DNA from: an uncultured Chlorobiota bacterium
GTDB taxonomy: Bacteria; Bacteroidota; Ignavibacteria; UBA10030; UBA6906
Direction: 5' to 3'
NCBI GenBank assembly: GCA_900696645.1
Contig: CAADGV010000010.1
Location: 9,771 to 73,770 of the forward strand
Length of the DNA: 64,000 bases
The notes below the pieces were generated by a model that was not told the origin of the DNA, ran no database searches, and saw nothing but the letters and a program-made list of their open reading frames with translations. Below, in pieces: positions 48,398 through 56,555 of this stretch (its first letter is position 1; each line of letters opens with the position of its first letter). The position numbers were made by a program, and so were the translations under genes.

Positions 48398-48783
48398 TCA
48401 CTGCAAGATATCATCGCGAAATTCCTCAACGATACCGGCTTGAAGCTGGCAAATGTCTGGCGTGCGGACACCTGAGTTTTCCGCCGCGCCTCGTCTGCCC
48501 GGAATGCAAAGCAAAGAAGTTCGAGACGGTAACCTTGAGTGACGAAGGGACTCTTGTTACGTTTACTGTCGTCCGTGTTGCGTCGGACAAGTTCTCAAAG
48601 GAAACACCGTTTCCCGTCGGTATCGTTGAACTGAACGGCGGCGTTCGCGTCACGGCACAGATTGCAGATGCAAACATCGATGAACTGAAGATTGGCCAGA
48701 AGTTGCGGATCGTCTTCCGCAGAATACAGGACGACGGCAAAGCAGGCATTTTGTGCTACGGATACAAAGCCATCATGGCATAG
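48394..48783 (+). CDS. DUF35 OB-fold / zinc-ribbon protein (thiolase-HMGCS scaffold subunit)
   Basis: Zinc ribbon [19 protein letters not shown] followed by an OB-fold. ATGA overlap with the thiolase stop. Confidence 0.8.
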   Translation: MITARYHREIPQRYRLEAGKCLACGHLSFPPRLVCPECKAKKFETVTLSDEGTLVTFTVVRVASDKFSKETPFPVGIVELNGGVRVTAQIADANIDELKIGQKLRIVFRRIQDDGKAGILCYGYKAIMA

Positions 48784-48914
48784 GAAACGAAGTACACTTC
48801 AGCTATTAGCAGCCGGATCTCTGCTCGCCGGGAAGCTTGGGAACGATGCGTAGCAGAATCACGCTGGCACCGAAGGCGGGTTGGGACTCACTCTCTATCA
48901 CAACAACGTACTGC

Positions 48915-50276
48915 ATGAAAGACAAAATCAGAATTGCATCCGGACAAGGATTTTGGGGTGACTTGCAGAATGCCCCGTACGATCAAGTTACCAAAGGTCC
49001 GATCGACTACATCATGATGGACTTCCTCGCTGAAGTTACCATGTCCATCCTGCAAAAGCAGAAAAAGCGCAATCCTGAGACCGGGTATGCGAGAGACCTT
49101 GTACACATGATTGAGCATATCTTGCCAATCTGTCTGGAAAAAGGTATACGGATAATCTCCAACGGCGGCGGCGTCAATCCGAAAGGATGCCGGGATGCAA
49201 TCTTTAGTTGGGCGCACAAAAAGGGAATCAGGAATCTGAAGATCGGGACGGTGTTTGGCGACGACATACTTGGAAGTCTGGATGAGTTCAGCAAACGCGG
49301 GATTAAGCTGAACAACATGGATACCGGAGAGAGTCTTGATGCAGTGAGAAACAAAGTGATGAGTGCTAACGTGTACTTTGGTGCATGGCCCATCGTTGAT
49401 GCCCTGAACCAAGGTGCCCAGATTGTCATCACCGGTCGGACGACGGATACCGGCCTGACACTTGCGCCGATGGTTCATGAGTTTGGGTGGAAGGAAGATG
49501 ACTGGGATAGGATTGCGGCAGGCACAGTTGCCGGCCACATTCTCGAGTGTGGCGGGCAAGCGAGTGGTGGAAATTTCTCCGCTGATTGGAGGAGTGTTCC
49601 CGATCTTGCCCGCATTGGTTTTCCCATCGCTGAAGCGTTTCCAAACGGTGAGGTGATCATTACAAAACACGAAAATACCGGAGGACTTGTCTCACGTCAA
49701 ACAGTAACAGAACAGTTGATGTACGAGATTGGCAATCCGGCCAATTACATTACGCCGGATTGTGTCGCGGATTTCACGACCATTCATCTTGAAGATATTG
49801 GCCCCAATCGTGTTAGGATGTTTGGCGTAAGAGGCAAACCGGCAACGGATTCGTACAAAGTGTCGATGTCGTATCTTGATGGCTACACGGCTATCGGCAC
49901 GCTGACATACGCATGGCCCGATGCATTGGAAAAGGCAAAAGCCGCGGATGAGATCCTTCGTAGGCGTCTTTCAGATCTCGGATTGAACTTCGATGAGATT
50001 CGGTCGGAGTTTATGGGCTACAATTCGTGCCACGGTCCGCTTTCGGTTATGCCGAATGAGACAAACGAGGTTGTGCTGCGGATCGGGGTTCGTGGTCACG
50101 ACCATAAAGCGGTTGAGCGCTTTGGGATGGAACTCGCGCCGCTCATACTTACTGGTCCGCCAGCCGTGACAGGTTTTGCCGGCGGTCGCCCGAAACCGAG
50201 CGAGGTAGTTGCCTATTGGCCGGCGCTTATTCCCAAGACCGCTGTACAACCGATCGTCGAAGTTGTTGAAGTGTAA
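48915..50276 (+). CDS. DUF1446 / AtuA-like protein (N-terminal large part of a split AtuA)
   Basis: IRIASGQGFWGD..PIDYIMMDFLAE..GHILECGGQASGGNF, typical of the acyclic terpene utilisation AtuA family. The ORF-track start at 48837 was trimmed to ATG 48915. Confidence 0.8.
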   Translation: MKDKIRIASGQGFWGDLQNAPYDQVTKGPIDYIMMDFLAEVTMSILQKQKKRNPETGYARDLVHMIEHILPICLEKGIRIISNGGGVNPKGCRDAIFSWAHKKGIRNLKIGTVFGDDILGSLDEFSKRGIKLNNMDTGESLDAVRNKVMSANVYFGAWPIVDALNQGAQIVITGRTTDTGLTLAPMVHEFGWKEDDWDRIAAGTVAGHILECGGQASGGNFSADWRSVPDLARIGFPIAEAFPNGEVIITKHENTGGLVSRQTVTEQLMYEIGNPANYITPDCVADFTTIHLEDIGPNRVRMFGVRGKPATDSYKVSMSYLDGYTAIGTLTYAWPDALEKAKAADEILRRRLSDLGLNFDEIRSEFMGYNSCHGPLSVMPNETNEVVLRIGVRGHDHKAVERFGMELAPLILTGPPAVTGFAGGRPKPSEVVAYWPALIPKTAVQPIVEVVEV

Positions 50277-50344
50277 GAATATTCCCAACTTCTCGTTGGG
50301 ATCATCCACCACAACACTCATACATCAAGAAAGGAAAAACCGTC

Positions 50345-50500
50345 ATGGCACGAAAACGAACAACTCACAGAAGCGTGTCGGGAACGAAGCTGTATGCGGT
50401 GCGGGATTCGAAGGGGAGATTCGTTGATATCCAAACGTACAAGCGGGCCCATGCTGCCGATCTACGCAAGACCAGCAAGAGTGAAAAGAAGAAGAAATAA
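50345..50500 (+). CDS. Small (51 aa) Lys/Arg-rich hypothetical protein, not in the ORF track
   Basis: Manual translation MARKRTTHRSVSGTKLYAVRDSKGRFVDIQTYKRAHAADLRKTSKSEKKKK*. Purine-rich GAAAGGAAAAA lies upstream. It fills the gap between DUF1446 and DUF4387, and its stop is 3 nt before the next ATG. Confidence 0.4.
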   Translation: MARKRTTHRSVSGTKLYAVRDSKGRFVDIQTYKRAHAADLRKTSKSEKKKK

Positions 50501-50503
50501 TTC

Positions 50504-50827
50504 ATGAAGATCAGATTGATCGATATCGCCCACGCCCGGTCCGGCGACAAAGGAGATACCGGAAATGTCGGCGTCATTGCACGTAAACAGGAGTACTATC
50601 CGTTGTTGGCAAAGTATCTCACTGTTGAACGAGTGAAGAAACATTTCAACGGCATTGCGCTCGGGAAGGTTGAGAGATTTGAAATTCCCAATCTGTGGGC
50701 GATTAATTTTCTGCTGCATGAAGCACTCGGAGGCGGTGGCACGAAGTCCCTCAAGAACGATGCACAAGGTAAAACGCTGAGCAGCGCAATGCTGCGCATG
50801 GAATTGGATATTGACGAGAAACTGTAA
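50504..50827 (+). CDS. DUF4387 protein (C-terminal part of a split AtuA)
   Basis: IAHARSGDKGDTGNVGV.. and LGGGGTKSLKNDAQGK, motifs I associate with DUF4387, which is fused to DUF1446 in full-length AtuA. Confidence 0.75.
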   Translation: MKIRLIDIAHARSGDKGDTGNVGVIARKQEYYPLLAKYLTVERVKKHFNGIALGKVERFEIPNLWAINFLLHEALGGGGTKSLKNDAQGKTLSSAMLRMELDIDEKL

Positions 50828-51016
50828 GCGAAAGGGTGCTTCGAAGACGGCGAACAATGGACAATGAAAATGTTAACGAGACGCCGGAATGCCGACCACC
50901 ATTGAAGTGAGGTCGTTGTTCCGATTAATAACAGATAATCCCCTAAAAAGACAGGCTCGATCTCACGTTTCTATCGGAATTACTGCACAAGAAGTAGGAA
51001 GTTTACAAAGGAGTAA

Positions 51017-52130
51017 ATGATGTTTGAAGAACAAAAAGAGCGTGTTCAGAAACTCAAGAAACAACTGACCGAGCTTCGAGGTTATCTTTGACGTAGATGC
51101 AAAAGAACAAGAAGCGGCCGGCTTGCAGTCAAAAACCGAAGCCCCGAATTTCTGGAATGATAATGTCGCTGCACAGAAGACGATGCAGCAACTCAGTTCG
51201 TTGAAGGAATGGGTTGATGGTTGGAAAACCCTGAAGCGGACGCTCGACGATGCCGGGTCGCTGCTCGAGCTCGCGGAAGAATCCAACGATTCATCACTGG
51301 GTTCCGAGATCGACAAGGAACTGGATAAAGTAGAGAAGGGGATAGGAGACCTGGAATTCCGCAACATGCTCAGCGGTGCCGACGACAAACGTAACTGCAT
51401 TCTGAACATCAACTCCGGTGCAGGGGGCACGGAGTCGCAGGATTGGGCGGAAATGCTGCTTCGCATGTATGTTCGATGGTCTGAACGACAAGGCTACAAA
51501 GTCGTGTTGACTGACCGGCTTGATGGTGATGGAGCCGGAATCAAGAGCGCATCAATTGAGGTAATAGGCGAGTATGCCTATGGCTACTTGAAGGCGGAAA
51601 ACGGCGTGCACCGGCTCGTCCGAATCTCCCCGTTTGATGCAAATGCCCGGCGGCATACATCGTTCGCCTCAGTGTTCGTGTATCCGGAAATGGATGATGA
51701 TGTTGAGATTGAAATCAATCCGGCGGATATCAAGGTCGATACGTTCCGCTCGGGCGGGAAAGGCGGACAAAACGTCAACAAAGTTGAAACCGCAGTCCGC
51801 ATTACCCATATTCCGACAGGCATTGTGGTTGCATGCCAGCAGGAACGTTCGCAATTCCAGAATAAGGAGCGTGCACTGAATATGCTGAAATCCCAGTTGT
51901 ATCAGAAGCGGAAGGAAGAAGAAGAAGCGCGCCTGAACGCTATCGAAAACACGAAGAAAAAAATCGAATGGGGGAGCCAGATTCGCTCATACGTTTTTCA
52001 TCCCTACAATATGGTCAAGGATCACAGGACAGACGTCGAAACAAGCGACGTACATGGCGTAATGGACGGCGATCTTGACGCCTTCATCAAAGGGTACCTG
52101 ATGGAATTCAGTTCGAAGGGAACTGCATAG
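51017..52130 (+). CDS. prfB: Peptide chain release factor 2, requires a programmed +1 frameshift: join(51017..51088,51090..52130)
   Basis: Frame 0 gives [24 protein letters not shown] then TGA. The +1 frame continues [13 protein letters not shown].. with the SPF (RISPFDA) and GGQ ([10 protein letters not shown]) motifs. Confidence 0.9.
51078..51092 (+). promoter_or_regulatory. prfB +1 frameshift site: SD-like GAGGT, TAT, CTT TGA C
   Basis: Same architecture and spacing as the E. coli AGGGGG-TAT-CTT-TGA-C autoregulatory site. Confidence 0.85.
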
Positions 52131-52137
52131 TTCCCCT

Positions 52138-53355
52138 ATGTCGTATCCCGCCTTCATAGCCGACCGGTACCTTCAGGCAACCCATCGAAAGGGATTTCTT
52201 TCGTTCATCACATTCATTTCAGTGGTTGGTGTGGCACTGGGAACTGCTGCACTAATCATTGCCGTAACTGTTCTTGGAGGGTTTGAGAAAGAAATCACCG
52301 ACAAAGTCATCGGCTTCACAAGTCACGTGCAAATCTCCGGCTATCAAAGTCTGCCGCTTGGCAATTATGGTGAAAATACCTCCCGCATAGAGCAGGCGTC
52401 GCCGCTTATTAAATCCGTTCAACCGTTTCTCTCGCGTGAAGCTCTCGTACGATCGACCGAGTCGATTGATGGTATCTTGCTGAAAGGGATTGAACCGTCG
52501 AAAGACCTGTTGACTGTGAGCAAGTACATCGTTCAAGGGACGTATAACATCAGTCGTGCTCCCGGGGCTCTTCCGAATATTGTTCTCGGAAAGAAACTTG
52601 CTGACAGGCTTGCTGTCGGGTTAGGAGATAAGGTTACGGTGTTCGGCACTGGGCGCTCAGGCGAATTCGGGCAGATGCGCGCAATGCAGTTCAGGTTGTC
52701 CGGGATTTATGAAAGCGGTATGGCCGATTATGACGATGTGTATGCATTCACATCGTTAAAAGATGCACAAATACTCTTTCAATATGGCGAAGCTGTTTCC
52801 GGCTACGACATAATGGTAACGAATATCGACAGCGTCGAGTCTGTTGCCGACTTGGTTCAAGCGACGCTCGGCTATCCGCATTATGCTCGCACCGTCTACC
52901 AAAGCTACAGAAATCTTTTTAGTTGGATTGAGTTACAGAAAAAACCCGTCCCGATTATTTTAGGATTAATTATCATTGTGGCAACGGTGAATATCATCGG
53001 GACGTTGCTCATGATGGTTCTCGGCAAAACAAAGGACATCGGGATCCTCAAATCACTCGGAGCAACAAAGAAAGGGATTGTTAGCATTTTTGTCCGGCAA
53101 GGATTGTGGATTGGCATAGCGGGAACAGTGATCGGCAATCTGCTGGCATTCACGCTCTGCTATGCCGAAATGAAACTGCGGTTTCTTTCGCTTCCGAGTG
53201 ACATTTATTTCATGACGTCAGTGCCGATACTGCTACGGCCCGAGTTCTTCGTCGTTATTTCAGCGATCAGCATCGGGTTGTGCTTTGTATGCTCGCTATT
53301 GCCGGCCTGGCTTGCTTCCCGTATCGATCCGGTTCGGGCAATACGGTTTGGATAA
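52138..53355 (+). CDS. LolC/LolE-family ABC transporter permease (MacB-like periplasmic domain + FtsX)
   Basis: FIADRYL.., N-terminal TM, large periplasmic domain, three C-terminal TM helices, DPVRAIRFG end. Confidence 0.8.
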   Translation: MSYPAFIADRYLQATHRKGFLSFITFISVVGVALGTAALIIAVTVLGGFEKEITDKVIGFTSHVQISGYQSLPLGNYGENTSRIEQASPLIKSVQPFLSREALVRSTESIDGILLKGIEPSKDLLTVSKYIVQGTYNISRAPGALPNIVLGKKLADRLAVGLGDKVTVFGTGRSGEFGQMRAMQFRLSGIYESGMADYDDVYAFTSLKDAQILFQYGEAVSGYDIMVTNIDSVESVADLVQATLGYPHYARTVYQSYRNLFSWIELQKKPVPIILGLIIIVATVNIIGTLLMMVLGKTKDIGILKSLGATKKGIVSIFVRQGLWIGIAGTVIGNLLAFTLCYAEMKLRFLSLPSDIYFMTSVPILLRPEFFVVISAISIGLCFVCSLLPAWLASRIDPVRAIRFG

Positions 53356-54585
53356 ATGGGCTTTGAACGCTTCATAGCGCGTCGGTATATCCGGTCGAAA
53401 CAGCAAACGCTGTTTATCAACATCATCATGCTGGTATCCGTCATAGGCATTACAGTTGGTGTAGCAGCGTTAATTATCGTGCTCTCGGTATTCAACGGAT
53501 TCAACAAAGTCGTTACCGACGTACTGGTTGCTTTCGACCCTCATATCAGAGTCCTTCCGGCGAAGGGGAAATCATTCACGCCGTCCGATTCGGTTGCCCG
53601 CCTATTGAACGCGGAAATAGATGTCGAAGCGTGGTCAGTGTATGTTGACAGCAAGGCACTGCTTGTGTCGCGAGGGGTCAACCGTGTAGTCCTCATTCGT
53701 GGCGTAGATGAATCCATGATTGGTGAGGTATCGGGAGTGAAGAATGCTATTGTTCTCGGTCAGTTCGATCTGGGAACGAAGTCAAAGGAGGCAGGGATTG
53801 TTATCGGTCTGAGTCTTGCAGACAAGCTTGGCGCGACAGTTGGGTCGGAGATCACCATAGTCAGTCCCGTTGGAGTTGATGCCATGATGGTTCAATTCGG
53901 GCAACCCGAAATGAAGAAGTTCACGGTTACCGGAATCTACGACTCACGCAACAAAGAGTATGACAGCCACTACGCGTTTATCGCAATCGAGAATGCTCAG
54001 ACCCTGTTTGAGTATCGGGGTTCGGTCAGCGGTATTGAGGTTCGCTTGCGCAGTATCGATGCGTCGATTGCCACCCAGGCTGTGCTGGCACATAAACTGG
54101 GAGAGAGGTTCAAAGTTCTCACGTGGTACGATCTGCATCGGGATTTGTACTCTGTGATGCAGATTGAGCGGTGGAGTGCTTATATTATCCTGTGTCTTAT
54201 TGTTTTCGTGGCCGTATTCAATATGCTCGGTTCCTTGACAATGGGTGTCATTGAGAAACGCAGAGATATTGGAGTTCTGAAAGCGCTGGGCGCAACGAAC
54301 GGAAGTATTCTACGACTGTTCATGTTTGAAGGCGTACTGGTCGGTACTGTGGGAACAGTTCTTGGAATTGCTATCGGATTGGGTATCTGCTATCTTCAAA
54401 TTCATTACCAACTCTTTCCGTTGGACCCGACAGTGTATATTATTCCTGCAATACCCGTTGAGATTCGATGGTCTGACTTCGTAACGGTGGGTTCGGCATC
54501 GATGCTGTTGAGCATGTTCGCCGCGCTGTATCCTGCACTGCGGGCGTCTCGTCTTACGCCGGTCGACGCAATCCGGTGGGAATGA
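53356..54585 (+). CDS. LolC/LolE-family ABC transporter permease (second copy)
   Basis: FIARRYIRSK.., same topology as the previous gene. The start is adjacent to the previous stop. Confidence 0.8.
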   Translation: MGFERFIARRYIRSKQQTLFINIIMLVSVIGITVGVAALIIVLSVFNGFNKVVTDVLVAFDPHIRVLPAKGKSFTPSDSVARLLNAEIDVEAWSVYVDSKALLVSRGVNRVVLIRGVDESMIGEVSGVKNAIVLGQFDLGTKSKEAGIVIGLSLADKLGATVGSEITIVSPVGVDAMMVQFGQPEMKKFTVTGIYDSRNKEYDSHYAFIAIENAQTLFEYRGSVSGIEVRLRSIDASIATQAVLAHKLGERFKVLTWYDLHRDLYSVMQIERWSAYIILCLIVFVAVFNMLGSLTMGVIEKRRDIGVLKALGATNGSILRLFMFEGVLVGTVGTVLGIAIGLGICYLQIHYQLFPLDPTVYIIPAIPVEIRWSDFVTVGSASMLLSMFAALYPALRASRLTPVDAIRWE

Positions 54586-54586
54586 C

Positions 54587-55264
54587 ATGATCCAGGCAGA
54601 GAACATAACCAAAGTATATAAGATGGGTGATTCCGGCAACTCTTCGCTTCAGGTGTTGCGCGGAATCAGCCTGGAAATTCATAAGGGTGATATTGTTGCG
54701 ATTGTTGGCGCGTCCGGTGCAGGCAAGAGCACGTTGTTGCACATACTTGGCACACTTGACCGTCCGACCGAAGGAAACGTGTACTATGACAACGAGAATG
54801 TCTTTGCCTATAGTGATGAACGGATCGCACGGTTTCGCAATCAACATGTCGGATTTGTGTTTCAGTTCCATCACTTGTTACCGGAATTCTCAGTTCTCGA
54901 AAACGTTTGCCTGCCTGCCCTCATTCAGGGAAATAAGCTGGCTCAAGTCGAGAAGAAAGCAAGAGCCCTACTGCAAGATGTAGGGGTCGAATCAAAATCA
55001 TCCAACAAACCTTCACAGCTATCCGGCGGCGAACAACAACGTGTGGCAATTGCACGGGCGTTGATGAATTCGCCAAAAGTGGTTCTTGCTGATGAACCTA
55101 CCGGAAATCTCGATACCGCTAATACGCAGCAATTGCATGATCTTATTTGGAGTCTCAGCAGGGAGAAGGGCCAAACATTTGTAGTTGTTACACACAATGA
55201 ACAGTTGGCAAAACAAGCCGACCGTATTGTCAAGCTTATTGATGGCAAGATAGGGGGATTTTAA
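54587..55264 (+). CDS. lolD: Lipoprotein-releasing-type ABC transporter ATP-binding protein
   Basis: Walker A GASGAGKST, signature LSGGEQQRVAIARAL, Walker B VVLADEPTGNLD. Confidence 0.85.
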   Translation: MIQAENITKVYKMGDSGNSSLQVLRGISLEIHKGDIVAIVGASGAGKSTLLHILGTLDRPTEGNVYYDNENVFAYSDERIARFRNQHVGFVFQFHHLLPEFSVLENVCLPALIQGNKLAQVEKKARALLQDVGVESKSSNKPSQLSGGEQQRVAIARALMNSPKVVLADEPTGNLDTANTQQLHDLIWSLSREKGQTFVVVTHNEQLAKQADRIVKLIDGKIGGF

Positions 55265-55289
55265 TTTTTGATAAATCGTAATTTTTTAC

Positions 55290-55319
55290 TTGACATTTAC
55301 GTCGAAAAGCGTATATTTG
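55290..55319 (+). promoter_or_regulatory. Strong promoter candidate (TTGACA-16 nt-TATATT; the -10 region also reads TAtaTTTG)
   Basis: TTGACA at 55290-55295, TATATT at 55312-55317, TATATTTG at 55312-55319, which matches the Bacteroidota -7 consensus TAnnTTTG. Confidence 0.5.
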
Positions 55320-55323
55320 TAGG

Positions 55324-55404
55324 TGACCTTACGACAGTTTCTCCCCTGACTGTTGTAGACAAATGGTCGAGCCCGGCGTTCCCCCCAACGCTGGGCTTTT
55401 GTTT
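55324..55404 (+). ncRNA. Candidate small RNA or transcription-attenuating leader (about 80 nt, two hairpins with C-rich loops)
   Basis: Hairpin 1: 55331-55338/55349-55356 with loop UUCUCCCCUG. Hairpin 2: 11-bp stem 55370-55380/55387-55397 with loop CCCCCC, followed by UUUUGUUU (intrinsic terminator). The 5' end is inferred from the promoter only. Confidence 0.35.
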
Positions 55405-55436
55405 ATATTCCATTGAACTCAATTTGGGAGATTGAT

Positions 55437-55718
55437 ATGGCCAAGGCAGTAAAACGTTCTGATCAGAAGAAAAAGTCTCAAAAACCTGAATCGCTCCCCT
55501 TGACGAAAGAGAATTTTGTCATCATAGGAGTCGGATTGGTTGTGATATTGATCGGCTACTTGGCGCTTGCGAGGGGCCCCGTTGAGGGCTTTTTACCTTT
55601 GGTTCTTGCCCCGATTCTGCTTCTTGTCGGCTATTGCGTAATTATTCCTTTGGGAATTTTATACAAGAAATCGTATATTGGTAAGGAAAACTCGACACAG
55701 ACTCGGTCTGCTGCGTAA
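55437..55718 (+). CDS. DUF3098-like small two-TM membrane protein
   Basis: MAKAVKRSDQKKK.. basic N-terminus, then two hydrophobic helices (NFVIIGVGLVVILIGYLAL, LVLAPILLLVGYCVIIPLGIL). GGGAGA RBS. Confidence 0.6.
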   Translation: MAKAVKRSDQKKKSQKPESLPLTKENFVIIGVGLVVILIGYLALARGPVEGFLPLVLAPILLLVGYCVIIPLGILYKKSYIGKENSTQTRSAA

Positions 55719-55729
55719 CGAGTTCGCCA

Positions 55730-55801
55730 GACCGCGTAGCTCAGGGGTAGAGCATCTGCCTTTTAAGCAGAGGGTCGGTGGTTCGAGCCCACCCGCGGTC
55801 A
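55730..55801 (+). tRNA. tRNA-Lys (anticodon TTT)
   Basis: Acceptor GACCGCG/CGCGGTC, anticodon arm TCTGC-CTTTTAA-GCAGA, T-arm GGTGG-TTCGAGC-CCACC. It starts 11 nt after the DUF3098 stop. Confidence 0.9.
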
Positions 55802-55811
55802 CACAACTTTT

Positions 55812-55897
55812 GCGGAAGTGGCGAAATTGGCAGACGCACCATCTTGAGGGGGTGGCGCCCACAAGGCATGCGGGTTCAAGTCCCGCCTTCCGCACCA
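55812..55897 (+). tRNA. tRNA-Leu (anticodon GAG), long variable arm, CCA encoded
   Basis: Acceptor GCGGAAG/CTTCCGC, anticodon arm CCATC-TTGAGGG-GGTGG, T-arm GCGGG-TTCAAGT-CCCGC. Confidence 0.9.
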
Positions 55898-55900
55898 AAA

Positions 55901-55926
55901 AGCCCTGCATTACCTTGCAGGGCTTT
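55901..55926 (+). terminator. Terminator hairpin after tRNA-Leu
   Basis: AGCCCTGCA / TGCAGGGCT 9-bp stem, loop TTACCT, then TTCT (weak U tract). Confidence 0.6.
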
Positions 55927-56072
55927 CTACTTGTTGTGATGTTGCTTAGGTAACATTTTCACACTGAGACCCGACGAGATCGTTCCCTCAGTCCACGATC
56001 AAGATCGAAGAAAATGCTTGATTTTGATAGTATGACGCGGTATATTATTTCAAGCATTTCATTTCTCGGATT

Positions 56073-56483
56073 ATGTCAAATCGATTCCTAGTACTTTTCT
56101 TCTCGACCCAGCTTCTGGCGGCTACGGTATTTTCAGGTGTGATAAAGGACGGGTCGCTGAGCGCAGAAAGCCGCGATGGTAGCATTACCGTCCGCTGGAT
56201 GAGTGAAGACGAAACCAATGTTGCCAGGTTTGTGCTTGAGAGAAAAGCGGGTATTAACGGCGCCTTTATGCCATTGACAGAGTTTTCGCCAAGAGGGAAC
56301 AACTCATCGTATCTGTTTGTTGATGAAACTGCTTTTCGGATCTCTGAGAGCATATATCAGTACAGAGTGAAGGTGTTGTTCACAAACGGCATGGCCCCTG
56401 TCTATTCAGGTACTATCACGGTAAGTCATCGGACAAGCGATGTGCGCAGAACATGGGGCAGTATCAAGGCAATGTTCCGGTAG
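56073..56483 (+). CDS. Hypothetical secreted protein with an FN3/Ig-like fold
   Basis: Signal peptide MSNRFLVLFFSTQLLAATVFS, then ITVRW..FVLERK..YLFVDE..YQYRVKV pattern. No family recognised. Confidence 0.55.
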   Translation: MSNRFLVLFFSTQLLAATVFSGVIKDGSLSAESRDGSITVRWMSEDETNVARFVLERKAGINGAFMPLTEFSPRGNNSSYLFVDETAFRISESIYQYRVKVLFTNGMAPVYSGTITVSHRTSDVRRTWGSIKAMFR

Positions 56484-56513
56484 ATTTTTCGATAGTCTTC
56501 TTTACTTATCTCA

Positions 56514-56540
56514 AGCGATACAAGGTGTCGCTTTTTTTTT
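56514..56540 (+). terminator. Rho-independent terminator
   Basis: Stem AGCGATAC / GTGTCGCT (one G-U pair), 3-nt loop, followed by T9. Confidence 0.7.
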
Positions 56541-56555
56541 GCCAAGAAGTTCGAA

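Noticed and set aside
50963-51466. 167-aa Ser-rich minus-strand ORF
   Set aside because: It is antisense to prfB and the prfB leader, and is low-complexity.
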